64,000 bases of DNA, from positions 26,908,001 through 26,972,000 of the forward strand of contig OZ076414.1 of the NCBI GenBank assembly GCA_964187785.1, in the 5' to 3' direction. Positions 24,930 to 37,900 of the stretch are shown here, in pieces (positions within the stretch are counted from its first letter, which is position 1; each line of letters begins with the position of its first letter). Source of the stretch: Amphiscolops sp. MND2022 (lineage: Eukaryota). Below the pieces are notes generated by a model, which was not told the origin of the DNA, did no database searches, and saw nothing but the letters and a program-made list of their open reading frames with translations. Made by a program: the position numbers and the translations under genes.

Positions 24930-27900
24930 TCATTTAACGTGATGATACACAGGAGGACCATCAACTTTCTTCAGTTTTTTCTTAGGAGTTGTTGACTTGC
25001 TACTGCTAGCCTGCCTCTCGGGTTTCTTCGGTTTGCCAGCACGCTTAGCACTAACGGCCTTCTCAACAGTTTTACTTGCCTCCTCTTTCGCCTTCCCCAC
25101 AGATGAACTCGAGCTACTCCGGACAACAGAACTAGTCTTTGATCCCTGCTCGGCGCTTGATAAACGATTGACACGGTTACATTCCGAATCATGTTCGTCA
25201 CTCAATCGCCGTCGCTTTGCCAGAAATTCACTATAAAGGCAACAAAAGGCTTCAATAAACGAGTCCACACTAGGGTCAGACAGAACTTTCCACACGTTGA
25301 AATCAGATCCAACAAAGAAAACTTCAGCATTGGAAATAGCTGCACGGACCAAACGCAAAGTATGCTCAATGAACAAGGGCTGATGAGAATAGCCGTCACT
25401 CAGGAAATAAGACTGAACAATCCTGAAACACAATTGAACACACTTCAATGCATATTGGCTTATAAGGAAAACTTAGGCATTTTAGACACGTATATTTACG
25501 CGCACTCTGAAAGTTGTGTCTTGTAATGCTCTTCAGTGAGCAGGCAACTACTCAAATCTATGGAAAATCAAGCATACTGGCGATTCGGCTCTCCAACAAT
25601 CAGGCAACATAATTTGAAAACACGCAGCAAATGTCGTCGTGATTGAAATCCAAAATCGTCCAACAGATAACGACGCACATCCGGAATTTCACTAGCTGAA
25701 CGCTTCAAACGGCAATGCTGCCTTCTCTTCACAATGACATACGCATTTTATTCGTCCACTGTAGCTTTAGACTCGTCGCGCGTCAGGGAATCACATCCCT
25801 CCAAAACGCCACATAACTCAGCAAACAAGTCGATTCCAGAATTATCGTCACCTTCCAACATCAACTCTGGGCAAAAACAACACAATCCTTTTGAACCACG
25901 GAAACGGATGCTAGCGCACTCTACCAGCAAAAAGTCAAGCCGGTCAATAAACTCTCTGCAGCGGCTCCGAAACGTCGCCATCTCACTTGTTTTTGCAGCA
26001 ATCAGTCCCTTCCCAAAATCACAATGAGCCAGGAAATTGTCCTTGGGACAACAGAAAAGCATGAAATCTCCGCGTCCATATACTCTTTCCTTTCGTGGAT
26101 GCCCGGAAGACTTGACAGCACGCGTGTTTTCATCAAAAGACAGTATACAAGATTGCACAATTCACCATAACCCTGAAACGCGTAGTCACTACGTCTTCGT
26201 CTCAGCTTCGGCAATTGGCTATTAACTGAAACAAAGAAACCCCAGTATTGCACCATATCCCAATTAGAAGACCCAGTCTCACAACAAACAAGCAAAACCC
26301 ACCCCCCCCCCCCAGAATTACATAATCAAAACAATTATACTCACAGGTATCTAAGCATCAAGTGTAACAATCCGAAACGATACCCGATCAGACCGTCCTA
26401 AATCACAATAGAATCTATCACCCTCAACTGAAACAACAACACAAGAACGATACCCTAACGGTCACAGGAAAAAAACAAAAGACAACTAACTTGAAGATTC
26501 CAAAAAAAAAAGAGTCAAAGATAAAAGGTAACTACAACTAACACGGTCAGCTTGATTTTTCACATGAGGCAACCCAGTACAACGGATGTATAGGCAACGG
26601 ACCCCTGACGGATGCATTTGCGCAGCAGCACTCTGCCCTCAGTCCATTCCTCGTAGACAGCACTCTTCAACCTGATAACGACATAGTCCACCAAACTTGT
26701 CTCTTCCACCATTCCGAAGACATCCTGATGAGCCTGTCTCATGCATTGTAGAATCCCCAGTAAACTGGCGGTGCACAGTGAACCGCTTTCCATCGCTGCG
26801 ATTGTCCTCTATCACTCGGATCAGCAACGGGCTCGCACCACTGACACATAAAGGAAGACGCGCATTTGGCACACTGTTAACAAACTGGGCCAGAAGAACT
26901 AACTCGGATTTCGGCATTGTCTGATCCAATAATTCCTGCCCAATAGAAATTTTCCTCAAAGAAATATCCAACCAGCACACCACGCAGCGCTTAACGTCCG
27001 CATTTTTCTCGTAAAACAGCGCATACTCATATGTGACCCCACAGCACTAAGAACAAGACGCAGCACACGAGGCGCAAGCCCTTGACAAAGCAACGCCTGA
27101 AACAAAATCGCCACGAAGATCAAGAAGCTTTTAACAGACATATATTACATGGCCTCAAAAAGCAAAACAAAACCCACCGACCCACCAATAACATATTCAT
27201 CAATTATCCTTACCACAGTCGCAGTTCGAATTCAATTTAACTGGTATTCCGGAGTAGTTTCCCCCAAAAAAGCACGAAAACATGCCCAAAGACGTCGCAG
27301 TAGGGAGAAGTGGCCACCATTACGGAGCTACTCGCAAACACAAGAGATTATCGTCATAAATGGGACCTTTGACCCCACTTGAGCATGTTTGGGGGGCAAC
27401 AAGTCCTCGGGAAAAGGAAACCCTTCTGCCAGGTCAACAAACTGACGGGGCTTTGAACTCGGCAATTTGATTAGCTGACAACTCAATAGGCTCTAAAAGC
27501 CCATTATACACAGGAAGACTCGTATGCACTCTTTAGCATGCTTCCCGATTCCAGTGCCCATCCGAAGAGAAGTGTCGTTTGAATTGCCCTGCACCATGCG
27601 CTCTCATCCGCACATCTCGTTGACACACTCGGCAAAAGAAATACGTAGGGTCCCCGCACTTCGCACCACTCACGAAATCTTAGTGATCTCACGCAAAGAC
27701 ACCATCCGTGTATGTAACTGCTTGCGGCTCCCATAACTGCGCACTCGACGCTGACAACGATCTCCAATCTTTTGAGACAGTTTCGTAAATCCTGCAAACA
27801 GCACAATTTACATGACTCCAAAGGAAGAGAAACGACGAAGAACACACCCCCTAAGAAAAGCTACCGATTAACAACCGTACAGCACAAAATGCCAACATAC

Positions 27901-28850
27901 TTGCCTCAATACTCTGCACAGTGCGATTCTCCACCTGTGCAATCCTATGACAACCAAACTGAGCCAAATCGCCAGGGCTTAACGGAGTCCCGTCGGAGAC
28001 GGCTGCAAAACTTTCCCCACCACCTACACAGAAACTAGCTATCACAAATACTTGCACAGAAAAAAGAGAGAAGAAAAGCAGAAGAAAGCCCAGAACAACA
28101 AAACAATCCACAAACGATAGAACAGAATGAAATCATGTTGAACGAAAAAAAACAACTTGTCCAACCCAAAAGCTCCTGCAAAGTAGGAGAATGGCCACCC
28201 TTTCGTTGCGGAGGAGGAGTATTGAATTTCACGGACAGCTCCCGGGACAGCCCTGCTTTCATGCTGTCGGCAGTAATACCTTCGCCTCCCTCTGCATCAC
28301 CTACACCTTTCTTTGTGAACGGCGGATCCGCCTCGGCTCCTCGAGGCTCTTCATCAGCAGTATCGTCCGGCAGTGGGGAAAAAATTCTCTCAGGATCTCG
28401 TGAATCTGCAGGATCAACATCCGGAGCCAACTACAAAACAGCGGAATGAGGCTGCACGGAAGTAGCAAGACCTGATCCAGAAAGCACAGTCGTTCGAGCA
28501 GCATTGATGGACACAGTCGAGAACGCCTCAGTTATAGGAGGAAGCCCCACTGAAACTTCAGTCAGCCCAGCACTTGTAAAAGTGTTGACCCCGGGAAGAG
28601 CAATAGGTTGAGTTACTGAAAACCAAGATCTGGATTCAGACGCGTTGGGTATTCGGGTAAGACTACAAACGTTGATTCCCAAACCAATAGTACAATTACC
28701 CATGGAAGTCAGAAAGATTTTACCAACCTGAAGTAGAACGAGAAATTTCTACATCCGAGGCAATAACGTCATCGTCAGTATAGTTGAACGTTGTCTCATT
28801 CCCTCTGACAAATCCCGCGGCAGTACCAGGGGGAATAAAACCCTCGTCCA
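24930..28850 (-). pseudogene. Antisense accessory gene of element B (zinc-finger protein, possibly hAT-derived)
   Basis: S/P/acidic N-terminus (28035-28703); zinc finger YFFCRVCQRDVRMRAHGAGQFKRHFSSDGHWNRE at about 27545-27645; SGASPLLIRVIED (26639-26983) matches LGASPELIRLLDD in A; KGLCCFCPELML (25748-26158). Confidence 0.75.
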
Positions 28851-29130
28851 TCAGAAAAGACAACCAGAGAAATCTAAAAAAGAAAAAAACAGTTAAGAGA
28901 AGAAAGACCAACGGGGCCACCCCGAAACAATAAGATATCAAACACGTGACCCCTCATTGGAACATTTCCAATCGCTCTCACAATTAAAGAGTCCAACCTT
29001 TACTTCTACCTAAGCCTACTAAGGCGTTGACGGAAGCATATCGCTTTCAAACATTTCAAAGGTGGACCAAACTAATCAGAAAAGCTAAGAGAAGAAAACC
29101 AAGACTAAAAAAGCGAAACGGAGATTACTA

Positions 29131-30812
29131 CTTGAATCCGCAACCCCAACGGATAACATTGTCAAATCTAAAAAGGGAAATACGAAACACAACAGAGATA
29201 GCTCAATAGTGGTTGAAGTAGCTGTCAAAACCTAGAACGATTACAAGTACGTAATTCAAGTAAACATCGACAACGTAATGGACGCGACTTGGACTGAGGC
29301 TGACGCTTTGCAGTTTCTAATTTTACGGACCAATAGCGTCGTTTTCTCTAGTAAGTTAATTGAGCTCAATCCAATGGGATGTTTGTTTAGTCTAACAAAA
29401 ATGTAGCCATAGCAACGCCAAATAAATAGGAGAAAGAGAATGAATGCCTACGCGCTCCGCTATATCTCCGACTGCTGTCATTCAGTTATAACTAATCTTA
29501 ATACGTACGGAGCAGCAACAGAGCAAATTGTAAGATCGAAGATTGATAAGCTCGCTATAACTAATCATAATACGTACGGAGCAGCTACGGAGCAAATTGT
29601 AAGATCAAGATTGCTTTAGTCCGCTATAATTATCAGCATCAGTATCATATCATTCCGAATGTCTTCCCTTTTGTTAGAAATGATTTGGAAGGTCGTGCTG
29701 TATGTTAAGACAAGGACATTAACTATTTTTGTATAGTGTAGTGCTACTGAAAACGTGCTCTTTTCTAGTTCAACTCTTTTGCTATATCAATTGTTTGCCC
29801 AAGAAACCTGCCTATTACAATTCTTGATATAGTAAAGTTGGTGCAGATTAATACGATGTTATAGAACATGTAAGCCTAATTGTTGTTTTGTGTTCATCAT
29901 TTTCCAGTATCGTTTTTTCCTTCCATGAAGCAGCTCAAATATTTTTGGTAGCTTAGCTTAGGATTTTCCAATATATTTTCGGAGTTTTTATCTGCTTGTC
30001 ATTCTTTTGCCGTGAAGGGATGGTTTGTCGCTAGTCTTGCGCTGAATCGTTGTTCGCGTCAGCGCGTTTTCTTCGGTAGAAACTAAACTAGACGTTTATT
30101 TTGACGCCATTTTTTTGGCTGAAGGAAATGGAATTGTTGAACAAAAATGTTTTCAACAGCCGCTCCGTAAGAGAGTCGCGACTAGGAATTTTGAAACCTG
30201 AAATAATGATCGAAGGGCTGACATAATAAGGATAATTAGGCTTTTTTAGTGGACAAACCGAGTCCTAGGAATTTTAAGGTGAGGAACAAATGATTCTGAG
30301 AAAGTTTATATATCTAGAACACATGTAAAGTTTTAATCAATCTTTTGCTGTTACGTAAATACGACGTTAAGAAACAAAACATTTTCCTTGAAAAATTTCA
30401 AATATTTCAAAGAACTTTCTTTCTTTCTAGAATGACTACTAGAAACCAGAAAAGGAAAGCTGTAGAAAAATTGGTTTCTGTTGACCAAGAGACTCCTTTG
30501 AGTGGAAATAATCAGAGTGAAAATCTTGTAGCCGGAACGAGTAAATCACCTAAGTTTCGAACTGAGAATTTAGAGGAAATGAAATCCACTCTTAGGAAAA
30601 AGGTTTTATCTGATCTTACAAAAATCTTAGCTGAAAACCAAAAGGAAATGCTCAAATTAATGGCACCTGTTATTAAAAAACGAGCCACTCTGACCGTTCC
30701 AGGAGAAACTGATTCTGAATCCGAAAGCGTTCCGATAGCAGTAACATCTAAAACTGTAAAAGCTAAAACCACTGGACTACTCTCAAAACTACTCCGGTAA
30801 ACAGTCGTAATA
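29131..30812 (+). repeat. 3' LTR of element B (first ~350 bp and PPT not recognisable)
   Basis: Similar to 13011-14580, including the MTTRNQKRKAVEK ORF; ends at the ACTGG TSD. Confidence 0.8.
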
Positions 30813-30817
30813 ACTGG

Positions 30818-31188
30818 CTAAACAACTAGGCGTTAAATCCCGGTTAGCACGCACGGGCCTACTCGGACTTTTCAATCAGCATTAGCAGCAAATGAACATC
30901 TTAACAAATTTATATATTTATGATTGGCCAATATGGCCTCTTCCGGACACGTTAGCTATACTGAAGAGGCAGGCATTTGAACACGTCTTTTTGCTTGTCG
31001 GTATATCTTTGCTGTCCAATATTATTCAACATATACTTTTATGAACTAAAATTTACAAAGTTGAAAATTTAATATAAAACCCAGTTCAATAACGGCAGTT
31101 TCAGACTATCGAGATTAATCCCGGAAGTCTCCATTACTGACTGTGCTGATGGTGTAGAAGTTTCCATCGCAAGCGACAGCCTGGAACA
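30818..31188 (-). repeat. Right part of the C-type LTR interrupted by element B
   Basis: Similar to 833-1201. The terminal catcgcaagcgacagcctggaaca aligns with the LTR A terminus catcgcaggcggcagcctgcgaca. Confidence 0.7.
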
Positions 31189-31720
31189 GATTGATGGGAC
31201 TATTTAGGTCTCAAGTATTTTAAAATTTGTAGTTCCATGACTTACTTGCATAGTCAAACCATTCTACTAATTTTTTTCCTGAACTTTTAGCTCTTTGTAA
31301 CAAAGAGTTGATTTTATGAAACTCGTCCAATTTTTCTGTTCGGTAGGAGAAATGTGTTGGAACACTAGAAAAGATCAGTGAATCTCAATTTTCTGTTTTC
31401 CAGAAAAATCCGTTATTAGGGCTGATATTTGTGACAGGCAAAATATCGGAAACATCAAAAACACCTAATTTTGCTCACAACAATTGCATGTAGAACCTTG
31501 TTTGAAACTTCCGGTGCCACTTTGTGGACGAAAGAGGCTTGGAAAGGCTATTTACGTTTAAGGCATTAGCCAATTGAACAACGGAACAACGATCCATCAA
31601 AGTTCATTTTCCGTTTTCATATATACGGTTAATTGTTATCTTGTGATAGCATTTCAAGTTCGCCTTGCGTAAAATGGGGAATGCTATTCAAACAAAAAAA
31701 GCCATGACTACTTACCCATA

Positions 31721-33221
31721 TGTCGCCATTTTGTTCGCCACTATAAGATTCTACTGAACTTTGTCGAGACATTTGTCTACCATTCTCCTGTATAAAACAC
31801 CTTTTCGAACGACTTTCCCATAATTTATGGCCATTATCCACTTCGGCGTTCCGTTGTAGCTCACCGGACCTCCTGTCTCCCATAGTGGAACTAGCCACAT
31901 TCGTTCTTTTCTGTAGCCCGACGGACCCTCGGTCCATTGTGGGATAATTAGCTCTCCCCTGCATTTCTAATGTATTTTGAATTGAAGGGAGTATTTTCTC
32001 AGTGATTGCGCTGCTGATCGTGTCTTGTATTTGAAAATTCAAACTAATTTTGATCTCGTTCAATTTCCTTGACATCTGAATTTATTCACTAATCATCCTG
32101 GTAGTGTCAATGGTAATTTCACTATTTTCTCTGCTGTTTGTATTTAGTAACGACCTAAAATCTTCTCCTATCACATTTGAACTTTGCTGTGGCCGATTAG
32201 ACCCTGAGTCCAAATAGGCCTCAGTCTCATCTGCATTGTTGTCTTTATCTTCTCTAGAATAACTCCCTAGCAGTATGTCAACGTTTTCTACGTCAGACAA
32301 CATGTCTAATTGTCTAGAGCGTCGCTCCTTTGCCTTTTGCTTGCGGGTAGAAGGCATTGAAACTTGAGTTCAGTCAACAATGAATTTGAAGATAATATTA
32401 TCAACAGAACAAAACTAAGCAGGTACAAGTGGTATCAAATCACAATAGAACAATTGTCTGGTTATGTGTATCATTTGAAAGCATATGAAATTCCGCGTCC
32501 CGCACTTTAAGTTTCCCTCTTTATATAGGTTCAGTTGCATGACACGCCCAAGTTTGCTGATCATGTTACTATGAATAGTAGCACCCTAGATGACATCATT
32601 TATCTAATAATAGCCATCATGACGTCATGGCAGAAGGACGGTTGGTTATATTAGCACTCCCTGGAAGAGGGGAAGTGAAAGGAAAAAAGGGGGGTCATAT
32701 CTAACATGACAATATATAATACAAGCATTATCCAATCAGTAAGCTATATTTTTATCATAAGTAAGCATTTCATGACTGTGACGTCAGCAATACTTAATAC
32801 TGCAGTGGACCTGACGTCCAATGAGCTACAGTAAATATGAACGCACTCTAATACTACTGGCTATTACAAATACGGACTGCGCGTCTAGTTGGCTTTAGCA
32901 CCGCCATACTTGAACGCGTTTCCTTTTCTTCTGCAAGTTGCTTTAGTCTAATTGCTTCAACTTTGCATCAATTTGTTAAACATATACATTGTATTGATCC
33001 GCATGCATAATTTTGAACCCAAGTATATTAGCACAAATTGTGGTTTATGAAACTAATAATACTGATAGTAAGTTTTGAATAATTAATTGGGTAATTCGGT
33101 AAGGCTCCGTGGACGTCGAGTCCAGTTCGTTAAATTGGCAGTACTCCTGGCATTGGGTTTGTATTATCACCATCTGCTGGGATTTGATAGTAATTTCCAT
33201 CGCAGGCGGCAGCCTGCGACA
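31721..33221 (-). repeat. 3' LTR of element A (about 1.5 kb)
   Basis: Termini TGTCGC...GCGACA (6-bp inverted repeat). 31721-32512 is similar to 45912-46704 in the opposite orientation. Contains ORFs 32082-32357 and 31629-32075. Confidence 0.8.
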
Positions 33222-33934
33222 GTCCCCTCGGGACAAGAAGAACTGTCCCGGTTTCTATTCCGGCAATGAAAGCTTCCCTCCTTCGTCGTCTTTCTGCATA
33301 AGTTTCGTTGCTGGTGGTTGTCGCTTCTAGGAAAGTAAGTGCGGACATTTCCCTGATTTGCTCGTAAGTCCGGCCACAAACAACACAGTCTCCAAAGTTG
33401 GCGAAGTTCGTTCGCCACATTTGACATTTGTTCGACACTCTAATACTAATTCCTTGTATGTGGGAATTAGTAGCACAATAGTTGTTCGTCACAATTATGC
33501 CAGAGTATTCACCTTCTGGATAACTTGGTCCCCTTTCGTGTAAAGGGGGCGATATAGGCGAATCAGGAATAGGTGGCAGCCCCGCACATTGACTAACCTC
33601 ATATCCGTTGGTACCGTCACGGACTGGGGGGCCCGCTCCCATAACCGAATAGTCGTAGTCAGCTTGTAGTAATTGCTCAATGATATCGTCACCAGGCCAC
33701 AGAGACGATGAATCGTCGCCAAAGCATTGTGTAGTATCAATAGTCTTTTGTCTGCCAGCAACGGAAGTTTCTGAGAAGGCCGGTTGTTCCCGGTAGCAGG
33801 CGATTACTTGAATGTCGCTATCATCCGACCCCGGCAGCGGATATTGAGTCAATTTCCATAGGGTCATCAGATGAGAAGTAACTCGGAATATCTAGTGGGG
33901 CTCGTAAATCATCAAGATAAAATGTTAGACTCAT
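33130..33934 (-). CDS. Small sense accessory ORF (about 245-270 aa, CxxC-containing) overlapping the PPT and U3
   Basis: ORF 33130-33867 is open for 245 codons. A probable true start MSLTFYLDD at 33934 is joined by one frameshift. A homologous remnant is present in element C. Confidence 0.65.
33222..33232 (-). promoter_or_regulatory. Putative polypurine tract (CCCGAGGGGAC) next to the 3' LTR
   Basis: Short G-rich tract directly before TGTCGC on the minus strand; the equivalent in element C is AATGGGGAG before TGTCG at 1201. Confidence 0.55.
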
Positions 33935-34999
33935 TGTTGTTCTATATCTGTTCGAGAAGATTTTCTTCGCATTTTTGAATTTGCAACTGCTCAGGCTGGG
34001 CTTAAGACAAAAATGATTTTCTCTCGCCGTATGGACTCCCGGTCCCCTCTCAATTGCGCGGGAATTTTCGGAGGGTAAACCCATATTTGATTCTTCCACA
34101 ACATTTCGGAAGTTTCCTTATAAGTTAGGCTATGATTTCCCGAATTATTCTCCCTTTTCATCTATAAAACTGGAGAGCTCTTGACAGTTGCTCTATTGTT
34201 TGCTTTGTCGCTGATCATCACTAGATAACTACCATTTAAGGGCCATCAAGCTTTGGTGATGATGCTTACTAACACTTCTCCAATATTATCACTCTGCTTC
34301 AAAGGACTTAAGGTCCACTGAGCGACAGCTAAAAATTGACCAATCACTATGTTCAGATAAATAGGTAGAATCGCAATTGATTTCCTCCAAATTATGAATG
34401 AAAGTATTAATGAAGAATAATAAGTAGAACTTTGAGATTGGTGAACAAATTTTTTTTACCGCACACAAAGTGTGAAGTGTTGAAAAAAAAACAAAATGAT
34501 TTCACTGGCAGGCTCCGTCCATGATAAGGGAGTATAATTAAGAGACTTAATTGGTGTAGATGTACTCTCACCATGGTAGAAAAGGGGTTAATTGGTGAGC
34601 CACGACTTCTTTTGATTGAGTAATAATTGTTGTCGAAAGTAAAATAGTTTAGTATTTCAAGTCGGTATTCGATCAATATATTAGTATATAGTATATTATC
34701 ACATTTTGTGCTTAACAGACTTTGTGTTTCTTATCCCCATAGTAACCCAGTCATTAAACTTCCTTCAATTGATTTTACATTCAAGTTCTCTAATCGACGG
34801 ATATTCTACTCTGTCGCCTCGACAACAACAGTTTCCAGTAGTAATCCTGCTTCTAATTCTTGTGGATTCCACAGCTTTAAACAACTCAAAGACCCTAGGT
34901 CTAACGAGCTTTAACAACAAAGCAGATTTGGTTGCCCTGGACTAGATTAAATACTTCTGGAAGCAAAATTCCGTTTTTCATCATGGAAAAAACGTCAGG

Positions 35000-37900
35000 T
35001 TGGTTCTTTCAGTGTTGTCTAAGCTAAACTTGATCAGGGTTCAGATTAGATTTTTGAACTTCCTCCATCGTGAAATGATTTCATTGAGAAACATTGGTTT
35101 TGAACCAACTTCCGGAAGATTTTCAAACCGCGGTAAAATGGATTTGTTTGCAGGAAGTGAACCGCGTAATTTTATCTCTTTTCATTTAGATAAAGAGCAA
35201 ACTGGCCAACCGCTCCAAGAAGAGAAACAAGTCTCAGAACAAGACATCTCTGAGTTAGATTCAACGGGTGCTGAGGATGCAAAGGACCAATCTCTAGTTC
35301 CAGTGCAAGAATCTACCACCCAAGATACGAACCAGATTTCCTCAGCAGGCCTTACTGACGAACTGATGGATATTCCGACCCTTGAGTGTACTGCTGATTT
35401 TTCCACAGGCGATAGCAACAACTCCTTTGGTACAACAATGGAAAATCCCGTCGTGGACCTCAAGTCTGATGAGCCTGACGCTAACGTCTCTACTCAAGAG
35501 ACAAGTGAAGCGTTCAAAGCCCAACAGGAGCTCAATTCCCCAGCTTTGACAAGTCTCCTGGCTAACAATGAGTCTGCTTTGCAAGAGTCTAGCAGTTCAC
35601 AAGAAAGCTGTCAGACATACTTCACTAGGCGCATGGAGGAGTTAGGGGCAGGTGACGCCACGATCCATATTCTCGAGGTGACCGTATTGCCCGAGAAACA
35701 GAGTTTCAGTGGTCACCTCGAGCTCCTGGTGACAATCAAGTGACCTTCAACGAAGTCGGATTCACTTTGTACCCCCTTGTCCATTTCCTGGACTCCGACC
35801 ACTCCTTCTGCAAGGATCCTCATAAGCCACGTGAGACTCCGCCAGTAAAGAAAACCAGCGTCATAGTTGACACTTCTGGACTACAGGAACACTCTCCCAG
35901 CACGGATCCAAAAGCTAATTACTCTCCCGCAATAGACGATGACGTCTTCCTAGCGGAAGGTGAGCAAGAACCAACTGTTACGGAAGGTCTTTCTGGCTAC
36001 ACTAGCGGAACTGATTTCTCCGTACGTTCTGGAGCTACTTCTGGTGACCAAGCTAGATCTACGTTAGAAGACGCCTTGGCCTTACCAGCTAAAGGTGGAA
36101 GAATTGCTCTAGTTGGGGTATCCGAATCCGATGGAGTAGAGTCAACAACTGCTGGAGAGACTAAAGAATCTGGCACCCACCAACTTAGCAGGTCAAGCCG
36201 AGCTTTGGTCAACCACTGCCTTCAACATGCCACTGCATACAGTTTGCCCAAGGACCACCTCACGATTTCCCTCAATTCGGAGCAGATGCAAACTATCCTT
36301 AGGGTGGTTGCCGATGAAAGTGCCCGTGCGTCCTATGCCATGATGGAGGACATAGTTAAGAGGGCGAGCAGGTTAACACTGGGACAGGGTTTAGAGGATC
36401 AGAGGAACCTGCATTCCAACTCATCTGTTGGAGGAAGTGTCTACCCCTGTTCTGAAGGAGAAACCCTACCGGGGGATTGTACTGGCAGAGAGGGTAGCGT
36501 CACTAGTGGGGCACTCCGCAGTCATAATGACTCCAATAGCATTGGGTACAGCTTTGAAAGGAACCCACCAAGCGTCATTGCCATTGCCAAACCCCCTGGT
36601 GGGGAGAAACGTTTACAGGAGGACCCAAAGTCCGCGGAGCCACAGACTCAAACTGAAAGCCCAGAAGCGCAAACCCTAGCATCCTTGAAGGCGGAGGCGC
36701 TCAAGGATCAGCAATCAAAAGGACGCAAATCCAAAGTCCCCAAGAAACCACAGACTACCCGTAGGCGAGTAACCAGAGCCTGTAAAAGAACGAAGGAGGA
36801 AAATTTTGAAGGAATGGCTTTGACTAGGACCTTGGTCTCTGGGCCCCTTGATCCCCAATGGAATCCTTACAAATTCTATTGCCAGATTTGTAAGGGAACG
36901 TCTCGATTTACGGGAAAGGTGCCAGAGAAATCCTTCGCCACTAGGCCACTGAGAGACACCTGAGAAGGGACCAGCGGTGGCGCTATGAACACCTTGGCAT
37001 CGAGGACCCCATTTCAAACGCGATTCACAATTATGTTCGCGGGAAGAACGGGAAAAATCTCACATCGTACCAATTGGAGCTAGAATTGCCGAAATTTATT
37101 GGAGCCCCTTTAATCGACATTGGAGAGAAATTCCCCTTTTATGAGGAATTTAAATTTATGGCTGGCTCTCAACACATGGCGTCTTCTTCCGCAAACCGAG
37201 CAAGGGTCCAGATCTCTGCCCTTGGACACTACATCCATTCTTTTGGTGACATCAAAGCCCTTAGAGGACTCTGGAAGGACATTGGTGTGGTTGTGAACCA
37301 CCAAGCCCTGTTTGCAGATTTCAACTGGGGAAAAGAACGGATTACAGTGAGTATCTCAGTATAGCTCATTGTACCTTGAGTCCATTTCCAATCAACTCCT
37401 GTGATAGTTAACATCCTATGTCCTAGCACCTATTCTTGATCTTTTGTTTGCTTTTAGGCACTATTCCACCATCTTTTTCTTCAGCTGATGGAAGACATCG
37501 GGAGCCATGTCGTTGAGAACGGACACTACACGCTTGAGTTCCAGATCAATGGAGTGTTTCTCAATCTGTATACTAGCTTCTGGCACGAAGAACAACTGGT
37601 CCGAGTCTTCTTAAAGCGGACTGGAAGGAAACAAGGGAAAACTCTTGCAGAATTAGGTTTTGTTTCCCATGCGATGGCCGCCATCTCCACTCGCCCTGGC
37701 ACTGTGGCTTGTCTCGGCGCCTCTCCTGAGCTCATCCGTCTCCTTGACGATTGTAAATTCTTCGACCACGGAGTCCAGAGTCCTTTCTGCCTTGACATCC
37801 TCTTAGTGAAAGCTCTCATGCACAAGAAGAAATACAGTGTTTTTGGTAGAACTGACTTCTTCACTGTACCTCAATTCCTGGTTATCAGTCTCAGTCGAAG

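Larger units (their letters stand above)
17068..25938. repeat. Tandem duplication, two units of about 4.4 kb (17068-21460 and 21461-25938)
   Basis: Offset of 4393 (17161/21554; 17327/21720); copy 2 carries an extra 86 bp at about 25441-25526. Confidence 0.95.
12658..30812 (+). mobile_element. Ty3/Gypsy LTR retrotransposon, element B (about 18.2 kb including a 4.4-kb internal duplication), TSD ACTGG
   Basis: Starts TGTCAC at 12658 and ends GTAATA at 30812 (CA to TA). ACTGG is at 12653-12657 and at 30813-30817, and the flanks rejoin into sequence matching the uninterrupted site at 819-840. Confidence 0.9.

Noticed and set aside
94-31193. TSD for element C
   Set aside because: The left end of the 3' LTR is truncated at about 99, so the flank GATTG after 31188 has no partner to test.
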